This document shows, piece by piece, positions 38,946 to 48,211 of a stretch of 64,000 nucleotides of DNA. The DNA lies in contig JASLPR010000047.1 in assembly GCA_030744875.1 (NCBI GenBank), positions 914 through 64,913 on the forward strand, read 5' to 3'. The translations under genes were made by a program, and so were the position numbers. Below the pieces are notes generated by a model that was given only the letters and a program-made list of their open reading frames with translations, was not told the DNA's origin and searched no databases. Numbering within the stretch: the stretch's first letter is position 1; the number at the start of each line of letters is the position of its first letter. The DNA is from Chloroflexota bacterium. Its GTDB lineage: Bacteria; Chloroflexota; UBA11872; VXNJ01.

Positions 38946-39189
38946 AACCACCGGCGCGACCACATATCGCACGGCGTCGGCAATCCAAAGCGCCAACACG
39001 CCCCGGCCCTGTCACGGGAACCCCCCGGCACGGCCTACAGGCACGAATGGCGTTCGGCCGGCGGCTCCAGAGCGCACTTCACATCCCTGCCGTCCACCGG
39101 GCTCACACTGTCCCCGGCTCGCTTCGGTCGACATTGACGGGAGCTACTCTACTCCTTCACAGCCTTTTGATATTCAGTTGTTGTAGACC

Positions 39190-39219
39190 TGTATATCGTC
39201 GCTTTCGACACAGTGTCAA
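39190..39219 (-). promoter_or_regulatory. candidate sigma-70 promoter (TTGACA-18 nt-TATACA) giving a ~300-nt cysE leader
   Basis: Minus strand reads cTTGACActgtgtcgaaagcgacgaTATACAgg. The -35 box is perfect and the -10 box matches 4 of 6. Confidence 0.35.
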
Positions 39220-39314
39220 GCAAACCTTCCGCCGCGCATCGGCCTTCCGCCCCCCCCTCTGCGACAATACCCGGGCCCGGCCGGCCGCTCCGCGTCACTA
39301 CCTAACGAGCTCGC

Positions 39315-40043
39315 ATGAAGAACCACCGCATCGTCGTCAGCCGCCGCGGGGGCCCCGAAGTCCTCTAGGTCGTCGCGGCCGAGCTCCCCGAGCCTGGTCC
39401 CGGCGAGATCCGCGTCCGCACCCTGGCCGCCGGAGTATCCGCCTACGACGCCATGCTCCGCTCCCGCTGGTTCCCCGGCTTCCCGCGCACGCCGTTCGTC
39501 CCCGGCGCGGACATCGTCGGGGTGGTCGACAAACTCGGCGACGGCGTCACCACCTTCGCCGAAGGGCAGACCGTCACCGGCGGTCCCCTGCGCGACAACG
39601 GCGGCTATGTCGAATTCGTCTGCCTGCCCGCCGCCGCCGCGGTGCTGGTCCCCGATGGGATCGACCCGGTCGCCGCCGTCTGCTTGGTGGTCAACTACCT
39701 GACGGCCCACATCGCCCTGCACCGTTCGGCCCGCGTCGTGTCCGGCGAGCGCGTCCTCATCCACGGGGCCGCCGGCGGCGTCGGGACCGCCCTGCTCGAA
39801 CTCGGCCGGCGCGCCGGCCTGGAGATGTACGCTACCGCCTCCGACGGGCTTTCCCTGCCGGAGGCGGAGGCCATCCGCAACACGCTCGAAATCGCCCGCA
39901 TCCCCGACTTCCCCGAGCCGCTGGAAGTGATCCAGATCATCAACCGCGAAATCGAAATCCCGGTCATCGCCGGCGATCTCGGCGCGGCCGAGGCCTGCCA
40001 GAACGCCGCCGCCGCCATCGACGCGCTGCTCGCCCCCGTTTAG
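39315..40043 (+). pseudogene. chimeric remnant: N-terminal half of an MDR/quinone oxidoreductase (with in-frame TAG) fused in frame to the C-terminal tail of a solute-binding protein
   Basis: MKNHRIVVSRRGGPEVL-TAG(39366-39368)-VVAAELPEPGPGEIRVRTLAAGV...LIHGAAGGVGTALLELGRRAGLEMYATAS changes near 39845 to ...ARIPDFPEPLEVIQIINREIEIPVIAGDLGAAEACQNAAAAIDALL. That tail is SBP-like (compare the C-terminus of the SBP at 53582-54976). Confidence 0.6.
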
Positions 40044-40066
40044 CCACCGGCTCCGACGTTCCGCCT

Positions 40067-41692
40067 CTACTTATCCTTGAGCCAGAGCTGAAACGGCGTC
40101 GCCTGGGGTCGTGCGATCACTTCATCCCACGGCTCCACTCGCGAGCGTGCCGCCCACTCGGCGTACAGCGCGGCCATCGCCGCCACCCGGTCCAGCGTCT
40201 GCTCCGCCAGGTCGTTCAGCTCCGTCCGATCCTCGCCCAGGTTGTACAACTCCCAGTCGCCCGGCCACTTGCGCACCAGCTTCCAGTCGCCCTGCCGCAC
40301 CGCCGCGTTGCCCTCGTGCTCCCAGAAGATCGGCCGCTCGCGATGCCACTCGCGCCCGTCCAGCGCCGGTAAGAAGCTCTCCCCGTCCACCGCCTGGATC
40401 TCGTTCCCGTCGTACTCCGTCGGGTACTCCACCCCGGCCATGTCCAGGAACGTCGGCAGCAGGTCCATCACCCCCGCCGGCGCGTGCTCGATCCGTCCGG
40501 CCGCGATCCGGTCCGGCCAGCGCGCCACCAGCGGCGTCGAGATCCCGCCCTCGTGGACATAGTGCTTGTAGTAGCGGAAAGGCGTATCGCTGGCGTTTGC
40601 CCAGGGCAGGTCATAGCTCATGAAAGTCGTCGCCGGGCCCGGTTCCAGCCCGGGCCGGTTGCCGGCCACAATCGGTTGCCCGTCGCGGGTTTCCCATGGC
40701 CCGGTGCTGCTCGTGCCGTCCTCGGCCAGCAGTTCGGCGCAGCCGCCGTTGTCCGACAGGAATATCACCAGCGTGTTCCCGGCGATCGCCATTCGGTCCA
40801 GTTCCGCCAGGATTTGCCCGATCCCCTGGTCCATGCGGTCCACCTGCGCCGCGTACACCGCCATCCGCGCCTCCTCCCACTCCGGATCGGCCACGTCCTC
40901 CCAGGCCGGCGCCTCGGCGTCGCGCGGCGATATCGGCCACCTGCCGTCCAGGATTCCCGACCCGACCAGCTCCTCGTGGCGATTCGTCCGCAGCCGGTCC
41001 CAGCCCTTCCCGTAGGTCCCGCGATACTTCGCGATGTCTTCCGGGCGGGCGTGCAACGGCCAGTGCGGCGCGGTGTAGCAGACGTGCATGAAAAACGGTT
41101 CCGAGCCGTTGCCGTACTCGCCCAGGAACTCCACCGCCGCCTCCGAAATCGCATCCGTGTAGTAAAAGTTCCCCTCCGGCGCGATCGGCTCGTTGTCGCG
41201 GTAGAGGGCGTGGGTGTCGAAGAAGCTCCCGCCGCCGGCCAGGGTGCCGTAAAAGCGGTCGTAGCCACGGTCGAGGGGGCGCGGGAACTTCTCCTCGCCC
41301 GGTCGCACGTCGTCCATCTCGCTGTATCGATAGCTCCCCCCCACGTGCCACTTGCCGACCATCAGGTTCTTGTAGCCGCCCCGGCCCAGCGCCTCCGCGA
41401 TCGTCACGCAGTTCCGGTTCAGGAAGCCCCGGTAGCCCGGCAACTCGTAATCGCCCACCATGTGCCCGATCCCCGCCCGGTGCGGGTATAGCCCGGTTTG
41501 CAGCGACGCCCGGGTGGGGCAGCAGCGCGCGTAGTTGTAGAACTGCGAAAAGCGCACCCCGTCGCCGGCCAGCCGGTCCAGATTGGGGGTGGCGATTTCC
41601 GAGCCGTAGCAGCCGATGTCCGAGAAGCCCATGTCATCGGCCATGATCAGGACGATGTTCGGTCGTTGCGTGCTGGCGTCCGGCATGGTCAT
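40067..41692 (-). CDS. arylsulfatase (formylglycine-dependent sulfatase family)
   Basis: NIVLIMADDMGFSDIGCYG and the CxPxR motif ARCCPTRASLQTGLYPH. Intact 541 aa. Confidence 0.9.
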   Translation of the reverse strand: MTMPDASTQRPNIVLIMADDMGFSDIGCYGSEIATPNLDRLAGDGVRFSQFYNYARCCPTRASLQTGLYPHRAGIGHMVGDYELPGYRGFLNRNCVTIAEALGRGGYKNLMVGKWHVGGSYRYSEMDDVRPGEEKFPRPLDRGYDRFYGTLAGGGSFFDTHALYRDNEPIAPEGNFYYTDAISEAAVEFLGEYGNGSEPFFMHVCYTAPHWPLHARPEDIAKYRGTYGKGWDRLRTNRHEELVGSGILDGRWPISPRDAEAPAWEDVADPEWEEARMAVYAAQVDRMDQGIGQILAELDRMAIAGNTLVIFLSDNGGCAELLAEDGTSSTGPWETRDGQPIVAGNRPGLEPGPATTFMSYDLPWANASDTPFRYYKHYVHEGGISTPLVARWPDRIAAGRIEHAPAGVMDLLPTFLDMAGVEYPTEYDGNEIQAVDGESFLPALDGREWHRERPIFWEHEGNAAVRQGDWKLVRKWPGDWELYNLGEDRTELNDLAEQTLDRVAAMAALYAEWAARSRVEPWDEVIARPQATPFQLWLKDK

Positions 41693-41832
41693 CCCCTCGC
41701 GCTACAGGGCCCGCCGCTCGTTTGGCGGCCGCGAGCGATCATAGCCCGACGCGCTCCCGGCCCAATGTCACGCGCTCAGCCCGCCCTACCTTCAGCCCCC
41801 TCCCCGACGCGCCCCTGCGGGCGTGGGTCGGC

Positions 41833-42298
41833 CTACTGGGGGACGGTCTCCAGCATCGACTCAACCGCCTCGCGCTCGTTGGCGCCCAGCACCTTCTCGT
41901 AGTCCAGCAGGATCACCAGGCGGTCTCCCATCTTCGCCACGCCGGTGATGTACTCGGCCGAGATCGACACCGACAGCCGTTCCATCGGTTCGATCTGGTC
42001 GTCGGTGAACATCATCACCTCGCTCACGCTGTCTACGATCCCACCCACCAGCGAGCCGCCCACGCTCAGCACCATCACCCGGGTTTCGTTGGTCGACTCG
42101 CGCTCATCCAGCCCAAACCGCTTGTGCAGGGAAATTACCGGGATCACCGTGCCCCGGGGGTTGATCACGCCCTCCACGAATGCCGGCGAATGCGGCACCT
42201 CCGTAATCTCCGGCAGGCGCAGGATCTCCCGCACCCCCGAGATATCCACCGCATAGTTCTCTCCACTAAACCTGGAACATAACCACCTGTAGCTCCAT
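41833..42298 (-). pseudogene. cheW: CheW-like coupling protein with 5' frameshift; orphan (no other che genes in the window)
   Basis: ATG at 42298 gives MELQVVMF, then TAG after 3 more codons. The CheW text RFSGENYAVDISGVREILRLPEITEVPHSPAFVEGVINPRG continues in the +1 frame from ~42274. Confidence 0.6.
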
Positions 42299-42466
42299 GA
42301 CGGAGACTCTTCGTTCGATTACGCCGGAACAGCCGCTGGCCTCCGGTCACCTTTTACGTTTGGAAGGTGATGGTAGCCCTCGCTCTCGTCCTCGCTCCGT
42401 GCCGCCACTTACCTTCGTTGCCGCCGCCTTCCGTAGGGGCGCCGGCCACTCAACCCGAACAGAAAG

Positions 42467-43342
42467 TCACGGAGTGACCCACTCGATTTCGGTGAAGTCC
42501 TGCGCCCAGAACAGCTCCCCGGCGAACTCCGCCTTTACCTCGGCGATCGCCCGGGCTTCGTTGTCCAGTTCCTCAAACTGACCCGGCGCCTGGTGATTCG
42601 CCAGCAGCCGTTTCGCGCCGGCCGCGGCGGCGATCTTGCCGGCCCCGGTGTTGCCGGTCATGGTCTCGCCCTCCGGGACGGTGCGGATCACCGACTCCAG
42701 TTCCATCACGTTCTGCACCAGCAGGTCGGCGTCCCGGGCCAGTTCCACCACCGAATCCACCGGCGCCGTGTCGCCGCTGAACGCGATCACACCCTCGTCG
42801 GTCTCGAAGCGGAAGCCGAAGCAATTCAGGTACGGCTGGGCATGCTGGACCTCCCGGGCAAAGCACTCCCAATGCTTCCCGCTCGCAACCTTGCCTTCGC
42901 TGTACTCGTGAATGCCGACCACCGGCGCGGGCCGCTCGCCGACCCCGCCGCGGCTGTGAAAGGCGTGCACGCTCATCGGGTGATTCACCCGGGCCACCAC
43001 GTCGTACCAGAACACCCCGCGCTCCTCGCTCCACACCCGCTCGGCCACGTCCTGAAAGGGCGGCGGGCCGTACATCTGCAGGTCCGGCTCGGTCCCGACC
43101 GACTGATCGAAGTGCGTCATCAGAAGGCAGGGCAGGTCCGAGATGTGGTCCGAGTGCAGATGGGTGAAAAAGAGGTGATTGATCTCAGTCGGGCTCACCC
43201 CCATCTGGTACATCTTGTAGCTGCTTCCCGGGCCGCAATCGATCATCAGTCACTCCCCGCCGATCTTCAGCAAGAAGCAGGTCCCCCAGCGTTTCCCGGT
43301 CCGGGTCGGAGACCCCGCTCCAACAACCTTCAGCCGTGGCAT
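42467..43342 (-). pseudogene. MBL-fold metallo-hydrolase (RNase Z/arylsulfatase-like) with in-frame TGA
   Basis: MPRLKVVGAGSPTRTGKRWGTCFLLKIGGE-TGA(43250-43252)-LMIDCGPGS...FFTHLHSDHISDL is all one frame. A good SD (GGGAAAGGGA) precedes ATG 43342. Confidence 0.7.
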
Positions 43343-43394
43343 CTCGCGTCCCTTTCCCGGGTTTCTGCGCTCCCGGATACTACGCGAGTCCCTC

Positions 43395-44645
43395 CTAGCC
43401 GAACCGCTCCGGGCGCAGCCCCGCCAGGTCAAACCCGGTCTCCTCGTCATCGGCCAATCGGGCCACGATCTCGCCAGTCACCGGCGCCAGCGAAAGGCCC
43501 AGCATCGCGTGGCCGGTCGCCACGATCAGGTTCTCCCATTTGGCGCTGCGTCCCAGCAGCGGCAGCCCGTCCGGGGTGCAGGGCCGCAGTCCCCGCCAGG
43601 TTTCGACCAGTTCCATATCCTCCAGCCCGGCCAGGTAGCGATTCGCCGCCCGGTGAATCGCGCCCACTCGCTGCCGGTTGATCGATTCATCCATCCCCAC
43701 CATCTCCAGCGTGCCGGCCAGCCGCAGGTGCCCGCCCAGCGGCGTCGCCACCACCCGCGCCTCACCACACACCACCGGCAGCGGCGGGCAACTCGCCGGG
43801 CGAGCGAAGGTCAGGCTGTAGCCCTTGCCGGGCTGCACCGGCAGCCGCAGGCCCAGTTCTCGCGCCACCGACGGCGACCACGATCCGGCCGCCAGCACCA
43901 CCATCTGGGGGTCGAAGTCGCCCTTCGTCGTCAGCACCCGCCCGATCCTTCCCCCCGCCACGTCGAACCCCAGGCACCCGGTCTTCTCGGCGAACTCCAC
44001 CCCCAGCGATTCCGCCCGTTCGCGCAGTCGCTCCACGAACAGAAACGGGTCCATGTGCCCGTCCTGGGAGAACCAGATTCCCCCGGCCACCCCCGGTCGC
44101 ACGGACTCCGCCATCGTGCGCACGCCGGCCTCATCCAGCCGTTCCACGCGCAGGCCCGCCTCCTCCAGCAGTTCCGCCTCTTCCTCGGCCTCGGCCAGTC
44201 CGGCGCGGGTGCGATACACCCATAGCGTCCCGTCCTGGGCGTAGCCGCACTGCATCTCCGGCAGGGCGGTCAGCGTGTCAAAAAGCTCCCGTCCGGCCAG
44301 CAGCAGATCGCGCAGCACCGGCAGTCCGCGGGCCACCTGCGGCTCGTTGCTGGCCGCCCGAAACCGCCACAGCCAGGACCACAACGCCGGGTCGAAGCGC
44401 GGCCGCACATAGAACGGGCTTTCCGGGTCCAGCAGCCATTTCAGCCCGTTGCGCAGCGCCCCGGGATTCGCCAGCGGCACCGCGTGACTCGGCACGGTCA
44501 GCCCGGCGTTGCCATAGGAGCCACCGCGCCCCACCTCGCCGGTGTCGATGACGCTCACCCGCCGGCCGCGTTCCGCCAGCGCATGGGCGGCGGCCACCCC
44601 GATCACCCCGGCGCCGATCACCAGCACCTCCGGCTCACGGTTCAT
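43395..44645 (-). CDS. FAD-dependent oxidoreductase (D-amino-acid dehydrogenase/DAO family)
   Basis: MNREPEVLVIGAGVIGVAAAHALAERGRRVSVID dinucleotide-binding motif. Intact 416 aa. Confidence 0.8.
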   Translation of the reverse strand: MNREPEVLVIGAGVIGVAAAHALAERGRRVSVIDTGEVGRGGSYGNAGLTVPSHAVPLANPGALRNGLKWLLDPESPFYVRPRFDPALWSWLWRFRAASNEPQVARGLPVLRDLLLAGRELFDTLTALPEMQCGYAQDGTLWVYRTRAGLAEAEEEAELLEEAGLRVERLDEAGVRTMAESVRPGVAGGIWFSQDGHMDPFLFVERLRERAESLGVEFAEKTGCLGFDVAGGRIGRVLTTKGDFDPQMVVLAAGSWSPSVARELGLRLPVQPGKGYSLTFARPASCPPLPVVCGEARVVATPLGGHLRLAGTLEMVGMDESINRQRVGAIHRAANRYLAGLEDMELVETWRGLRPCTPDGLPLLGRSAKWENLIVATGHAMLGLSLAPVTGEIVARLADDEETGFDLAGLRPERFG

Positions 44646-44879
44646 TCCGCTCCTCCGTCTGCCATCCGGCCAGCCTGCGTTTTCGCTCCCACGGGCAGGT
44701 TAGCCCAACCGCCGCGGCCTGTCCGCCCGGGCCGGCGCGGGCAACCACCGACCCCGTGCTAGTCTCGATCCGGGCGGAGACGGTGTAGGGGGTGCCGCCC
44801 GCGGGCAATCCGCCTGCCATCCCGGCCGAGCGGAGGGCGACATGGCGGCAGCGGACCAGACCCGACCCCGACGCCGGCC

Positions 44880-45203
44880 ATGACCCCGACCCCGGTGCCC
44901 ACCGCGACGCCGGCGCCCGAGCCGACCGCCACACCGGTTCCCGAACCGACGGCCACCCCGACTCCAGTTCCGCCGACCCCGACGCCGGTCCCAACGGCGC
45001 CGCCGGTGCCGACTGCCACCCCGACCCCGATACCGGTCCCAACGGCGCCGCCGGTGCCGACTGCCACCCCGACCCCGATACCGCCGCCGCCCACTCCTGA
45101 GCCGACCGCAACTCCGGAGCCGACCGCGACGCCGGAGCCGACCGCGACACCCGAGCCCACCGCGACACCGGTCCCCGAGCCGGAGGACACCCCGACCCCG
45201 TAG
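44880..45203 (+). repeat. Pro/Thr-rich tandem-repeat ORF (107 aa) of uncertain coding status
   Basis: Perfect 2 x 48-bp tandem repeat at 44987-45082. A 4 x 18-bp repeat (gagccgaccgcgacNccg, EPTATP) lies at 45099-45170. The ORF is pure PT-linker-like sequence with no signal peptide or globular domain. Confidence 0.6.
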
Positions 45204-45420
45204 TCTCCGGTTCCCGCGGGCGTGACGCCCCGGCGGCCCGTTCCCGTGCTATCGATCTGCCTGCCGCCGTGCCGTCCGCGCCAACCAATCCGCCGGGTCC
45301 ACCGTCGGGGCAGGACCGTGGCCGAGGAAATCCCGCCGGGTCCCTTGCGCTCGATCCAAACCTGCGCCACACTCCCCGCGTAAAACTCATCGACCAGCGA
45401 ATAACCTGGGGGGAAGAACG

Positions 45421-46326
45421 ATGAAAGCCGGAGTAGTCGGACTCGGCGACATGGGCAGCGGGCTCGCCCTGAACCTCATCAGGACTGGCTTCCAGACCAC
45501 CGCATTCGACCTCAATCAAGAGCGCTTGGACGCCTTCGCCGCGATGGGTGGGCAGCCGGCCGCCGGCGTGGCCGGAGTAGGCGAGAACGCCGCGGCCGTC
45601 TTCGTCATGGTCATGACCGGCGCCCAGGCCCGCGCCGTCATCCTCGGCGACGACGGGCTTGCCGCCGCCATGGCTCCCGGCTCCGTCATCCTGCTCACCG
45701 CCACCATCTCGCCGGCCGACGTCGTTGCCATCGCCGCCGAACTCGAACCGACTGGCATCGACTTCATCGATACCCCGGTCAGCGGCGGCTTCCCCGGTGC
45801 GCAGGCCGGCACGCTGACCATGATGGCCGCCGCCCCGGCGCCGCTCCTGGCCGCCCATCGTGAAGTCATGGAAGCCGTCTCCGCCGACATTCATCACGTC
45901 GGCGACGAAGCCGGCATGGGGCAGACCGTCAAGGCCTGCCTCCAAACCATCATCGGCTCCGTCTTCGCCGCCACCAGTGAGGCCGCCGGGCTTGCCGCCC
46001 GCGCCGGCATCAGCGGCCAGATCCTCTACGACGTCGTCAGCACCTCCGGCGCCGGCAGCGGCGTCGCCAACACCGCCCTCGAGAACATCATCGACCGCCA
46101 ATTCGTCGGCACCGGCAGCCACATCAGCACCATGTACAAGGACCTCACCATCAGCCTGGACATGGCCCGCGATCTCGGCGTCCCGCTACACACCGCCGCC
46201 ACCGCCATGCAACTCTTCCAGGCCGCCAAGACCCGGCATCCCGAAGGCGACAACTGGATCATCATCCGCCTCGTCGAAGCCATCACCGGCGTCCAGCTAC
46301 ACCGCAACGGCCCGGTCGAAGCGTGA
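45421..46326 (+). CDS. NAD(P)-dependent oxidoreductase, 3-hydroxyisobutyrate dehydrogenase family
   Basis: MKAGVVGLGDMGSGLALNL...IDTPVSGG...GMGQTVKACLQ. The 495-aa antisense ORF is discounted. Confidence 0.85.
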   Translation: MKAGVVGLGDMGSGLALNLIRTGFQTTAFDLNQERLDAFAAMGGQPAAGVAGVGENAAAVFVMVMTGAQARAVILGDDGLAAAMAPGSVILLTATISPADVVAIAAELEPTGIDFIDTPVSGGFPGAQAGTLTMMAAAPAPLLAAHREVMEAVSADIHHVGDEAGMGQTVKACLQTIIGSVFAATSEAAGLAARAGISGQILYDVVSTSGAGSGVANTALENIIDRQFVGTGSHISTMYKDLTISLDMARDLGVPLHTAATAMQLFQAAKTRHPEGDNWIIIRLVEAITGVQLHRNGPVEA

Positions 46327-47192
46327 AGCTCGGCGTCATCACCGACGGTATTAGCCGCGACTTCACCCACGCCCTCGACGTCATCGTCGAATTCGGCCTC
46401 CGGCACGCCGAGCTGCAATACATCGGCGACAAGGAAATCGGCGACCTGGACGCCGCCGGGATGCAGTCCGTCAGATCCGAGCTGACCGTCCGCGAACTCC
46501 GCGTCCCCTGCATCTCGCGGCACAACTTCGTCGGGCTCGGCGTCACCGAGACCGGCCCCACCGACCCCGCGTTCATCAGCCAGTTCGACGCCTTCAAGCG
46601 CACCATCGCCGCCGCCCACGCCGTCGACTGCCCCCTCGTGCGCATAATGGGATTCCGCAAGGAAATGATCCTCTTCGGCTCCGGTGGGGCCGAGGCCTGG
46701 AACATCGCCACCGGCGCCTGGGACGCCTTTGTCGACCTGACCCGACCGGCGGTCGAAGTCGCCGCCGCCGCCGGCGTCACCCTGGTCATCGAGACCGGCA
46801 ACGGCGGCATGGTGAATTCCGCCCACCTGGCCGCGCGGCTGGTAGCCGAGATCGACTCGCCGCATCTGCAAGTGCTCTGGGACCCGGCCAACTGCCTGTA
46901 TTCCGGTGAGGCCGCCCTTCCCGACGGCTACGCGGCGCTCGCCGACAGCCTGGCCCACGTGCACATCAAGGACACCCGCGTCTGGCCGCCGCGCGCCACG
47001 ATCGAGCAGACGCAATACGGCCAGGGTCACCTGGGTCCGCACCTGGCCGGCATCGCCGCCGCGCTGCGCGGCGACGGCTACGACGGGGTTGTTAGTTTCG
47101 AATCCGTCCACCGCCCTGAGAGCGCCACGTTCGAAGACGGCTTCCGCGCCTCGATCGCGGCTTTCATCCGCGACTTCGCCGACCCCGCCTAG
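46323..47192 (+). CDS. sugar phosphate isomerase/epimerase (xylose-isomerase-like TIM barrel)
   Basis: The GTG start overlaps the upstream TGA. Text includes MKLGVITDGISRDF...LVIETGNGGMVNSA...HVHIKD. Confidence 0.75.
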   Translation: MKLGVITDGISRDFTHALDVIVEFGLRHAELQYIGDKEIGDLDAAGMQSVRSELTVRELRVPCISRHNFVGLGVTETGPTDPAFISQFDAFKRTIAAAHAVDCPLVRIMGFRKEMILFGSGGAEAWNIATGAWDAFVDLTRPAVEVAAAAGVTLVIETGNGGMVNSAHLAARLVAEIDSPHLQVLWDPANCLYSGEAALPDGYAALADSLAHVHIKDTRVWPPRATIEQTQYGQGHLGPHLAGIAAALRGDGYDGVVSFESVHRPESATFEDGFRASIAAFIRDFADPA

Positions 47193-47536
47193 CCGCAGCC
47201 GCCGGTTCGCCGCTCAGGCCATTCATTCAGAAGAACAATCTCGCAACTCGTGACCCGACCTGTAGTCAGGTTGGGATCTGGTCCGTTTACCTCAATAGCC
47301 GTGCACCGCTCATTCAGAATGGACGGCCGGTGGCTGCCTGCACCCGGGTTGGGATCCGGTAGTCGACATCTGATCGGCTTCCGCCAGTAGATTCGCGCCA
47401 GACTTCAGGAGGAGACAGCCTTCCGCCGTGCGGCCCGGTCGCCAGGATCACCACCAGCAGCCGCGCGGCAGTCGGGCCAACCGCTCGGTTCTCACTCCCG
47501 CCGGGCCTTTCTCGGGCCGCATATAGACTGCGCGGT

Positions 47537-48211
47537 CAGCATATCCATTCCGACTCCACCGTCCGCAAGCTCCGCTGGCGGCCCGGCGACTCCGATTGGG
47601 CCGACTACTACCGGGGCGACAGCTATAGCGACGCTGCCTTTCAGCAGAAGCAGGAACTCGTTGCCGCCATGCTCGATACCGCCGGACCCGGCCCTGTCTG
47701 GGATCTGGGCGCCAACACCGGCGAGTTCAGCCGCCTGGCCTTGGATCACTCGACTCCGGTCGTTTCCCTGGACTTCGATCCCGGCGCCGTCGAGATCAGC
47801 TACCGGCAGATGACCCGCGACGGCGAAACCGGGCTCTTCCCGCTGGTCGCCGATCTCACCAACCCCACCCCGCCCACCGGCTGGGCCAACCGCGAGCGCC
47901 GTTCGCTACTGGAGCGCGGCCCGGCCCACACCGTCATCGCCCTGGCCCTCACCCACCACCTGGCCATTTCTCACAACGTCCCCTTCGGCCGCCTCGCCGA
48001 CTTCTTCGCCGGGCTCACCCGCCACCTGATCGTCGAATTCGTCCCCGCCGCCGACCCGATGGCCGCCCGTCTGCTGGCCATGCGCAACCACGACTTCCCC
48101 GACTACACCGTCGCAGCCTTCGAGTCCGCCCTGGACGGGCGCTTCACCATCTGCCGCCGCGAGCCGATCGCCGGTTCCGACCGGGTTCTCTACCTGATGG
48201 AGACCCGCTAG
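47537..48211 (+). pseudogene. class-I SAM-dependent methyltransferase, 5'-truncated remnant
   Basis: The frame is open from 47363 but has no start before 47669. The homology-like text DWADYYRGDSYSDAAFQQKQELVAAMLDTAGPGPVWDLGANTGEFSRLA... starts abruptly. The ~340 bp upstream (47193-47530) is non-coding and visibly less GC-rich. Confidence 0.5.

Noticed and set aside
43250-43252. Selenocysteine at the in-frame TGA of the MBL hydrolase
   Set aside because: The position is in a structural beta-hairpin rather than a redox site. I saw no obvious stem-loop immediately downstream, and no sel genes are in the window. TGG->TGA decay fits the pattern of the other lesions.
44635-46122. 495-aa minus-strand ORF, and similar very long ORFs: 163-705 +, 5375-7477 + as a single gene, 36708-37868 -, 59516-61582 +, 46026-47111 -, 28426-29217 -
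   Set aside because: They are antisense or off-frame to genes with clear homology-like text. They are Arg/Pro/Gly/Ala-rich low-complexity translations typical of stop-poor frames in GC-rich DNA.
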